In this document: in pieces, positions 25,481 through 32,000 of the stretch
Layout of the letters: the number at the start of each line of letters is the position of its first letter
Numbering within the stretch: the first letter of the stretch is position 1
Assembly: GCF_049243625.1 (NCBI RefSeq)
Contig: NZ_CP046975.1
Origin: Corynebacterium amycolatum
GTDB taxonomy: Bacteria > Actinomycetota > Actinomycetes > Mycobacteriales > Mycobacteriaceae
Direction: 5' to 3' (one strand)
Length of the DNA: 32,000 bases
The notes under the pieces: model-generated
Seen by the model: only the letters and a program-made list of their open reading frames with translations
The model's database searches: none
Told to the model about the DNA's origin: nothing
Program-made: the position numbers and the translations under genes

Positions 25481-25501
25481 ACCGGTACCTTGCCTACCGG
25501 T
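25481..25501. promoter_or_regulatory. Perfect palindrome ACCGGTA-N7-TACCGGT abutting a TAGGAT -10-like hexamer upstream of the HTH gene
   Basis: 7-bp arms at 25481-25487 and 25495-25501. TAGGAT (TAnnnT pattern) at 25501-25506. About 88 bp upstream of ATG 25589. Confidence 0.3.
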
Positions 25502-25588
25502 AGGATATGAAAAGCACGTGCGTGTCACGATTTTCTGCAGGAGGGGAAGCCTGCAGCGCGTCGCGTGCGCTGAAGGGAATATTAACTA

Positions 25589-25780
25589 ATGCAGAATGCA
25601 GATAAAGGCACCTTTCTGACCGTTGCGGAAGTTGCTGACATCATGCGCGTATCCAAGATGACCGTCTACCGCCTGGTTCACGCTGGCGAGCTGCCGGCAG
25701 TGCGCGTTGGCCGTTCTTTCCGCGTCCATGAGTCCGCAGTCAAGGAATACCTGGACTCCTCTTTCTACAACGCGGGTTAA
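25589..25780 (+). CDS. Small excisionase/MerR-like helix-turn-helix DNA-binding protein (Rv0500A family)
   Basis: 63-aa ORF. FLTVAEVADIMRVSKMTVYRLVHAGELPAVRVGRSFRV is the conserved HTH core of this actinobacterial family. Located between proC and bS22, as in mycobacteria. Confidence 0.85.
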   Translation: MQNADKGTFLTVAEVADIMRVSKMTVYRLVHAGELPAVRVGRSFRVHESAVKEYLDSSFYNAG

Positions 25781-26023
25781 TTTTTTCTGCCTTTTAAGCG
25801 GGGCTGTTTGACCTGAACGCATATGTCCCCGCTATGATTAATCCGATTAGTACATGGTGCTGTGCTGCGCCCCTGTTTCCTATCGTCTTCAAGTCATGAA
25901 GTATCTAGCTGTGAAGGCGGAAGGAAAAAGGGCGTGACATCTCGGCGGTTGTAAGGCCGCATTGAGTACGCCGCCATTGTGCAAGAAAAGAAATTTCCGT
26001 CAACGAATAGCGAGGTCGAGCCG

Positions 26024-26125
26024 ATGGGTTCCGTCATTAAGAAGCGTCGCAAGCGCATGTCGAAGAAGAAGCACCGCAAGATGCTTCGCCGTACCCGCGT
26101 GCAGCGTCGTAAGCTCGGCAAGTAA
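26024..26125 (+). CDS. 30S ribosomal protein bS22 (33 aa)
   Basis: Manual translation gives [33 protein letters not shown], nearly identical to the mycobacterial bS22 sequence as I recall it. GAGG lies about 10 nt upstream. Below the ORF-track length cutoff. Confidence 0.85.
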   Translation: MGSVIKKRRKRMSKKKHRKMLRRTRVQRRKLGK

Positions 26126-26187
26126 GCCAGCATTCCTGCCTTTATCGCAGGAGCGCGCGTGCTGCGTCGCGTACACGTTTTAAAAGC

Positions 26188-26236
26188 AAAACCCGCCCGG
26201 TCTCGTTGAGATAGGGCGGGTTTTGTCGTTTTTTTT
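26188..26236 (+). terminator. Rho-independent terminator of the bS22 gene
   Basis: AAAACCCGCCC (26188-26198) / GGGCGGGTTTT (26214-26224), 15-nt loop, then GTCG + T8. Confidence 0.75.
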
Positions 26237-26288
26237 GGGGGGAGCTGCTGAGTACGGATTAAGTAGCAAAAGATCGCGGGCTGCAAAT

Positions 26289-26364
26289 GTGAAACTGTGC
26301 GAGTTTATGGCACTTTCAGGTCATTTTTCGAGCCATTTTTGTCATAAACGCGGTCACTACTCTC
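26289..26364. repeat. Inverted-repeat intergenic element, copy C (degenerate)
   Basis: Right arm TGTCATAAACGCGGTCACTACTCTC is the reverse complement of GAGAGTAGTGACCGCGTTTATGACA. Left arm GTGAAACTGTGCGAGTTTATGGCA matches the copy A arm at 18/24. 27-nt spacer, the same length as copy A. Lies between convergent bS22 and the HAD-IB gene. Confidence 0.55.
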
Positions 26365-26382
26365 GAGTACTTCTAGCAGCGC

Positions 26383-27489
26383 TTAGCTTTCCTTGTTCGC
26401 GTCCCACAGTCGCTTGCCGACGAGTCCCGCGCCCCCAGCAACTCCTGCCAGTAGTGCTCCGATCGAGAGCCACCGCATCGTGGCGAAGGTTACGGAGCGG
26501 AAGTGACGGTAGTCGTAGATCGTCCAACCCATCTTCTGGGCGTAATTCCGCAATTTGCGATCCGGGTTGATGGCCACGGCGGTGCCCACCATGGACAGCA
26601 TGGGAATGTCGTTGGCGGAATCTGAGTATGCCGTGCAGCGAGACATGTCCAACCCGGAGGAGGCCGCCAGAGCTGCTACCGCGTGCTTCTTACCCGGGCC
26701 GTGGAGGATATCGCCTACCAGGCGGCCGGTGAACTTTCCGTCTTTGACCTCGGCGACTGTGCCGAGGGCGCCGGTCAGCCCGATGTGCTTAGCGATAACC
26801 TGGGCCAGCTGCACCGGGGTGGCGGTGACCAGCCAGACCTCTTGGCCAGCCTGGATATGCAATTCCGCCAGATCGCGGGTGCCCTGGTAAACGCGGTCGC
26901 TGATCTTTTCTTCAAAGATCTCTTCGCCGAGTTTGACCATTTCATCCACATCGTGGCCGGCGAAAAACTCCAATGCCTGTTCGCGGGCCTTAGCTACGTC
27001 GGCGGCGTTTTCCGCGCCCGAGATTCGGAATTTAAGCTGTTTCCAAATCATCCCGGCCAAATCGCGCTTCTTGATGAACCCGCGCTCGACCAACCCCATG
27101 GCAAAGAGGAAGATTGATGCGCCCTGGACAAGCGTGTTGTCCACGTCGAAGAAAGCGGCTGCGCCTTGATCTCGTTCGACACCCGGAATGGGCTGCGAGA
27201 GCACACGTGCACCGCCAGCGGCATCTTCGGCACCCGCTACACTGCGAAATCCCGTAGCCAGTTCTTCGCCGCCGACGTCGTAGACCTCGCCGAGAGCTTC
27301 CAGCGCATTGGCAGCTGCTGCAGTACCAGCTTCCTCCTGTGCTTCATCATTGAGCGGAGCGAGAACTATCTGCTCGAGGAAGTTGCGGACGTTCCCCTGC
27401 GAGGAAGCAAGGTCGCCCAGCATGTCGATGGGGAAGGGGGAGCGGTTGTTGGCACTGAACTCACTCACGGTACGAAAATCTCTTTCCAC
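26383..27489 (-). CDS. HAD-IB family hydrolase (SerB-like) with a C-terminal membrane helix
   Basis: 368-aa ORF. Motif I AAFFDVDNTLVQG, VTATP, and AYSDSANDIPMLSMVG. C-terminal hydrophobic segment WLSIGALLAGVAGGAGLV. GTG start; an alternative GTG lies 21 nt downstream. Confidence 0.85.
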   Translation of the reverse strand: MERDFRTVSEFSANNRSPFPIDMLGDLASSQGNVRNFLEQIVLAPLNDEAQEEAGTAAAANALEALGEVYDVGGEELATGFRSVAGAEDAAGGARVLSQPIPGVERDQGAAAFFDVDNTLVQGASIFLFAMGLVERGFIKKRDLAGMIWKQLKFRISGAENAADVAKAREQALEFFAGHDVDEMVKLGEEIFEEKISDRVYQGTRDLAELHIQAGQEVWLVTATPVQLAQVIAKHIGLTGALGTVAEVKDGKFTGRLVGDILHGPGKKHAVAALAASSGLDMSRCTAYSDSANDIPMLSMVGTAVAINPDRKLRNYAQKMGWTIYDYRHFRSVTFATMRWLSIGALLAGVAGGAGLVGKRLWDANKES

Positions 27490-27672
27490 GGTGTATGCAA
27501 CTGATATCCGTTATCGGAAGCTCTTGTTGAATAGTATCCGCTCTTTAGGCAAAGCTGCGCGCTGAGATTCAAGGAGCGGATAGGGGCAAAGATAAGAAGG
27601 GTCACTTTTGCAAGGGAATTGTGGGGAGGGGGACGTCGTAAAGCGAAACAGTCGACCTTTAGACTGACCGTT

Positions 27673-27915
27673 ATGGTGACTGTGACGGTGATGAGTAGGA
27701 AGACGTGCGGTTCGTGCGCTCGCGTGATTGCGCAGATCGAGCCGCTGGTTCGGGACCAAAATGCGCAGTTCCAGGTGGAAGACGTGGATACCGATCCGAA
27801 CTTGGCCATGGAATTTGGCGATCGCGTGCCGGTGATTTTGGTCAATGATGAGGAAATCGCTTGCTGGGAAATCGATGACGATGAGCTCCTGGAAGCGATA
27901 GCGGAGGTCGAATAA
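27673..27915 (+). CDS. Glutaredoxin-like small thiol-disulfide protein (Rv0508-like)
   Basis: Start moved to ATG 27673 (MVTVTVMSRKTCGSCARV...). CGSC active-site motif near the N-terminus. 80 aa. Confidence 0.8.
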   Translation: MVTVTVMSRKTCGSCARVIAQIEPLVRDQNAQFQVEDVDTDPNLAMEFGDRVPVILVNDEEIACWEIDDDELLEAIAEVE

Positions 27916-28138
27916 GTTCCCGAGACAGCTCTGCCGAACTGCTAGGAGCTGGGGGAACATGGCAGAATGTGGAGTAGCGGCAAAGAAGCAGTAGAGCGCT
28001 GCGAACATCGAGGTAGAGGCTAAGTAAAGTATGCCTTTGTTGTGGCGAGATGGCAGAGTTGTCTAGCGTTAACAGTCATAGCTGTGTGAAAAACCCGTAG
28101 CGGGGACTGTGAAGGAGCAATAGAGCGGTGATTGAGCG

Positions 28139-29581
28139 GTGAGTGTGCTTCTCGTCGGAATGTCGTACCGGTCTGCACCGGTGACCCTTCTTGAAAAGGT
28201 CTCTGTCGGTGAAACTGAGCGAGAGGCCATTTTGGCCCGTCTGGTCGCGGATGAAGCAATCAGTGAAGCGATGCTGTTGTCGACCTGTAACCGCGTTGAG
28301 TACTACGTGGTGGCCAACGGCTTCCACTCTGGGCTATCGGCTGTGGTCCGTGAAATTGTCGGTCGTACTGGGCTCGAACTCGATGAACTGACGCCGCACC
28401 TCTATGTGCGGTATGCACAGGCTGCGGCGGAGCATGCTTTTTCGGTGTGTGCTGGTCTCGACTCGATGGTGCTGGGCGAACAGCAGATTATCGGTCAGAT
28501 TCGCAATGCCTACCAGGAAGCGGACGAAGCCGGCACAGTCGGTCGCATGCTGCATGACTTGGCACAGAAGGCGCTGCACACAGGCAAGCGAGTCCACAGC
28601 GAAACGCTGATTGATAACGCGGGCGCATCGATGGTCTCCGTGGCCATCGACGAGGCGGTTGCTGCACTGCAACCCGGATTCAACTCTGGTGTTGACGTCG
28701 CTGAGGGTACCGATATCCTGGCCGGACGTTCGGCTCTGATCCTCGGCGCCGGTGCGATGAGTTCGCTGGCCGCTAGCTACCTGGGGCGCTGCGGTATTGA
28801 CCGTCTGATTATTGCCAACCGCACCGTTGACAGGGCGCAGAACCTGGCCAACCACTCCATCGAAGCAGGCATCCCCGCTACTGCTATTGCGTTGCATGAT
28901 TTCGCCGATGTCCTCGATGATGTGGACATTCTCGTCAGCGCCACTGGGGCCATGACTCCCGTCGTTTCAGCTGCTGATGTCATCGACCACGGCCCGCTCG
29001 CCATCGTCGACCTGTCTATGCCTCGCGACGTTGCGGAGGATGTCTCCGGGCTTGAGGGGATTGCACTATTCAACATCGAATTGCTGCAGATGACTCGCAC
29101 GGAGGTCCCGGGCCGTGATGATGAGGCTGCAGCGCGCGACATTGTGGCCGAAGAGTTGGAGTCCTACCTCACGGCGCAGCGTGCAAGCGAGGTAGCACCG
29201 ACTGTTCGCGCTCTGCGTGAGCGTGCGGCAGATGTGGCGGCGGCTGAGCTCGCTCGCCTGGAGGCGAAGACACCAGGTCTTACGCAAAAGGAACGTCGCG
29301 AAGTCGAGTCCACGGTTCGCCGCGTCGTCGATAAGCTCTTGCACGCGCCAACGGTGCAGGTCAAGAAGCTTTCTAGCCAGCAGGGTGGCGGCAACTACGC
29401 GCTTGCGCTGCAGAAGCTCTTCGACCTGCCTCTATCTACGCCCTCTGGCCTGTATGCTGACACCGATATCCCCGCAGATCTCATGGTTGAGGGCCGAATT
29501 GGGCGGATGCAGGGATTTGAGCAGTATGGTCTTGACAGTAGTGCCATCATTGAAGGCGTTGCTGAAACCACCAAAAATTAA
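28139..29581 (+). CDS. hemA: Glutamyl-tRNA reductase
   Basis: GTG start. SVLLVGMSYRSAPV N-terminus, catalytic Cys context LLSTCNRVEYY, NADPH-binding LILGAGAMSSLAA. Confidence 0.95.
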   Translation: MSVLLVGMSYRSAPVTLLEKVSVGETEREAILARLVADEAISEAMLLSTCNRVEYYVVANGFHSGLSAVVREIVGRTGLELDELTPHLYVRYAQAAAEHAFSVCAGLDSMVLGEQQIIGQIRNAYQEADEAGTVGRMLHDLAQKALHTGKRVHSETLIDNAGASMVSVAIDEAVAALQPGFNSGVDVAEGTDILAGRSALILGAGAMSSLAASYLGRCGIDRLIIANRTVDRAQNLANHSIEAGIPATAIALHDFADVLDDVDILVSATGAMTPVVSAADVIDHGPLAIVDLSMPRDVAEDVSGLEGIALFNIELLQMTRTEVPGRDDEAAARDIVAEELESYLTAQRASEVAPTVRALRERAADVAAAELARLEAKTPGLTQKERREVESTVRRVVDKLLHAPTVQVKKLSSQQGGGNYALALQKLFDLPLSTPSGLYADTDIPADLMVEGRIGRMQGFEQYGLDSSAIIEGVAETTKN

Positions 29582-29596
29582 CACCCGGAGGGAAAC

Positions 29597-30529
29597 ATGC
29601 CTGACCCAGCGACTATTCGTATCGGTACCAGGGGCTCGGAACTGGCCACGACACAGGCCGGCCACGTCCGTGATGCACTGATTGAGCTGGGGCAGCCTGC
29701 AGAGCTGGTGATTGTAAAGACCGCCGGTGACCATAACCGCCACGACCCGGTGGAAAAGATTGGTATCGGTGTCTTTACCCAGGCGCTGCGTCATGCACTC
29801 CGCGAGGGGGTGTGCGACATTATCGTGCACTCGTTTAAAGATCTGCCCACGTTGCCGGAAGACGACATGATGGTCGCAGCCGTGCCGGAGCGCGTCGACC
29901 CGCGAGAGGCGCTGATTTCCCGCGATGCCACGCCGCTGATGGACCTGCCTGAGGGGGCTCGAGTGGGTACCTCCGCGCCGCGTCGTGTCTCTCAGCTGCG
30001 TGCGCTGCGCTCCGACCTGGAACTTGTACCACTGCGTGGAAACATCGAAACCCGCATGGGGCGCGTCTCTGAGGACTTGGACGCTGTCATTCTGGCTCGC
30101 GCCGGACTGGAGCGTACGGGGCGTCTCGGAGAGATTGCGGAATCCCTGGACGTGGACGTCCTCATGCCGGCCCCGGCGCAGGGCGCCCTGGCGCTGGAGT
30201 GCCGCACTGCTGACCGCGAAATTGTGGATATTCTGCGGAAGATTGACCACCCGGTGTCCCATGCCCGCGCTGTCGCTGAGCGCGCTGTACTCAATGAGCT
30301 GGAAGCGGGCTGCACCGCCCCGGTTGCGGCCTACGCAACCGTGAGCGATAGCGGTGAACTCACCCTGCGGGCGGGGGTGTTCGCAGTCGACGGATCGCGC
30401 CAGTTGCTCGAGACCGCTACCGCAACCGTGGATAAGGCCGATGAGCTTGGCCGGAAGGTTGCGGCGGCCCTGCTTGAACAGGGTGCTCATGAGGTAATGG
30501 GCGATACCCTGCGGGAATCTCAAAAGTAG
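29597..30529 (+). CDS. hemC: Hydroxymethylbilane synthase (porphobilinogen deaminase)
   Basis: IRIGTRGSELATTQA, LRGNIETR, and the cofactor Cys context LEAGCTAPVAAYA. GGAGGGA SD. Confidence 0.95.
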   Translation: MPDPATIRIGTRGSELATTQAGHVRDALIELGQPAELVIVKTAGDHNRHDPVEKIGIGVFTQALRHALREGVCDIIVHSFKDLPTLPEDDMMVAAVPERVDPREALISRDATPLMDLPEGARVGTSAPRRVSQLRALRSDLELVPLRGNIETRMGRVSEDLDAVILARAGLERTGRLGEIAESLDVDVLMPAPAQGALALECRTADREIVDILRKIDHPVSHARAVAERAVLNELEAGCTAPVAAYATVSDSGELTLRAGVFAVDGSRQLLETATATVDKADELGRKVAAALLEQGAHEVMGDTLRESQK

Positions 30530-30733
30530 CCGGTTAGTTAATTTGGCTCAAACCCTTTATGCTAATAGGCCTGTATGCATGCCGTTGGGATAAGGGTTTC
30601 CTTCGTGTGCTCGCATGTGAGATTCAGGTGTCTACCTGCCCCTCACATGTGTTGGCGCATGTCCGCTTTCTTCCTTAGTGACTCATCGGCACGAAAAGTG
30701 AACAACCAATAGAAAAGAAATCACTCCGCAACG

Positions 30734-32000
30734 ATGAACACCTCCCTCCCCGCAGCAACGGGACGCATCCTGTTCGTCGGCGCTGGTCCTGGAAATCCCG
30801 ACCTGCTGACGCTTCGCGCCCGTGAGATTCTCGCAGACACCGCTATCGCCTACGTCGACGCCGATGTCATGCCGGGGGTTCGAGAACTCGTCGCAACCGA
30901 TGTGCCTGTTCCTCCCAAGCTGCTGAAGGAAGCCGAGGAAGAGTACGAGCGCATGTGCGCCGCAGCCAAGGCCAAGGGATCTCGTCGTAAGCCACCGCGT
31001 CCGGCACCGCCGACCGCCGCAGATTTGCGCGAGCCTATCGACGATCCCAAGAAGATGGCCGCCCTGCTCGTCGAAGAAGCAGCCAAAGGCAATGACGTAG
31101 TGCGTTTGGTGGCCGGAAATCCGCTGACCAACGATTCGCTGCTGGCCGAAATCAACGAGGTCTCGCACGCCGAGGTTGAGTTCCAGATCGTCCCTGGTAT
31201 GTCCGTGCCCTCCACCGTCCCGGCATTTGCCGGTATCGCGTTGGGTTCGACGTACACGGAGACCGATCTCGGTCGCGCCGATGTGGACTGGGACGAGTTG
31301 GCGCAGGCACCGCAGCCGCTGGTGCTGCAGGCCGTGCAGGATGACCTGTCCGCGATTGCCTCCGAACTCGGTGAACGCGGTCTGCCGTCGGCGTTGCCGG
31401 TGTCGGTGACTGTCAACGGTACTACTCGTCTGCAGCGCACCTACGACGTCACGCTGGGCACCTTGGCGCAGCTTTCGGGTGACCTGACCGGTCCGCTGGT
31501 GGTTACGCTTGGCAAGGGTGTGGACAATCGCTCGAAGTACTCGTGGTGGGAAAACCGGGCCCTCTACGGATGGAAGGTGCTGGTCCCACGCGCCAAGGCG
31601 CAGGCAGGGCCGATGAGTGCTCGTCTCGTTGGGCACGGCGCCATCCCGATTGAGGTCCCGACCATCTCAATCGAGCCACCACGTAGCCCAGCGCAGATGG
31701 AACGCGCCATCAAGGGGCTTGTCGACGGCCGTTACCAGTGGGTTGTCTTCACTTCCGTCAACGCTGTCACCGCAGTGTGGGAGAAGTTCCAGGCATTCGG
31801 CTTGGACGCGCGCTCGTTCGCTGGAGTCCGCATCGCAGCCGTCGGGCATCGCACCGCTGCTGCCATCCGTGATCTCGGCATTACCCCGGAGCTGCTTCCG
31901 GACGACACTCGTCAGAACGCCGCGGGCATCGTCGACGTGTTCCCGGAGTACATCGAGGATCTCGATCCGGTCAACCGCGTATTGCTGCCACGCGCCGACA
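30734..32000 (+). CDS. hemD: Fusion protein: tetrapyrrole (SUMT/CobA-like) methylase domain + uroporphyrinogen-III synthase; 3' end lies outside the window
   Basis: Manual translation from ATG 30734 is open to the window end (more than 420 codons). N-terminal GRILFVGAGPGNPDLLTLRA methylase motif; later YGWKVLVPRA...YQWVVFTSVNAV HemD-like region. Absent from the ORF track because it has no stop in the window. The 30683-31636 minus-strand ORF is its antisense shadow. Confidence 0.85.
   Translation, partial: MNTSLPAATGRILFVGAGPGNPDLLTLRAREILADTAIAYVDADVMPGVRELVATDVPVPPKLLKEAEEEYERMCAAAKAKGSRRKPPRPAPPTAADLREPIDDPKKMAALLVEEAAKGNDVVRLVAGNPLTNDSLLAEINEVSHAEVEFQIVPGMSVPSTVPAFAGIALGSTYTETDLGRADVDWDELAQAPQPLVLQAVQDDLSAIASELGERGLPSALPVSVTVNGTTRLQRTYDVTLGTLAQLSGDLTGPLVVTLGKGVDNRSKYSWWENRALYGWKVLVPRAKAQAGPMSARLVGHGAIPIEVPTISIEPPRSPAQMERAIKGLVDGRYQWVVFTSVNAVTAVWEKFQAFGLDARSFAGVRIAAVGHRTAAAIRDLGITPELLPDDTRQNAAGIVDVFPEYIEDLDPVNRVLLPRAD

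Noticed and set aside
29432-30523. 363-aa minus-strand ORF opposite hemC
   Set aside because: The plus frame is canonical HemC, and the antisense frame has no motifs.
30559-30678. 39-codon ORF (MLIGLYACRWDKGF...) in the hemC-hemD spacer
   Set aside because: It has no SD, and its A/T-ending codons are unlike the strong GC3 bias of real genes here.
30683-31636. 317-aa minus-strand ORF, the only track entry in the last 1.3 kb
   Set aside because: The plus strand encodes an open SUMT-like/HemD fusion from 30734 to the window edge with clear motifs. The minus ORF is its shadow.
1-32000. Searched for mobile elements, prophage remnants, toxin-antitoxin pairs, CRISPR arrays, defence or biosynthetic islands
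   Set aside because: Every ORF longer than 60 aa that looks coding is assignable to a conserved housekeeping or core-hypothetical family in conserved synteny. No integrase, transposase or recombinase motifs, direct-repeat arrays or atypical-composition islands were seen, other than short AT-rich intergenic stretches.

Overview
GC-rich actinobacterial chromosome segment with strong GC3 codon bias (judged by eye, not computed). Gene content and order match the conserved core genome of Corynebacterium/Mycobacteriales. From memory, the second half is syntenic with the M. tuberculosis Rv0482-Rv0511 region (murB ... mshA, gpm1, senX3-regX3, Rv0495c, ppx, Rv0497, proC, Rv0500A, Rv0500B, serB1, Rv0508, hemA, hemC, hemD). 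Gene order: HAD beta-phosphoglucomutase-like + GH65 phosphorylase; sdhC-sdhA-sdhB + small 2-TM protein; DUF445-like; DUF2516-like; purU(-); LmeA/DUF2993-like(-); DUF2505-like(-); murB; acyl-CoA synthetase(-); mshA; YbjN-like; gpmA; senX3-regX3; Cys-rich Rv0495c-like(-); ppx; acidic membrane protein; proC; small HTH protein; 33-aa ribosomal protein bS22; HAD-IB SerB-like(-); glutaredoxin-like; hemA; hemC; methylase-like/HemD fusion. The ORF track omits bS22 (too short) and the methylase-like/HemD fusion (runs off the 3' edge). I found no rRNA, tRNA, CRISPR, transposase, integrase, phage or recognisable defence genes, and no convincing novel multi-gene system. This reads as an ordinary housekeeping region. 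The least explained signals are noncoding: (1) a family of ~75-77-bp inverted-repeat elements in three separate convergent intergenic gaps (10159-10233, 13970-14046, 26289-26364), which I cannot assign to a named family; (2) a ~100-nt structured RNA/terminator candidate downstream of proC; (3) several palindromes and candidate operators in divergent promoter regions, plus G/C homopolymer and G4-type tracts. All functional calls rest on motif recognition and remembered family features, not on database searches.
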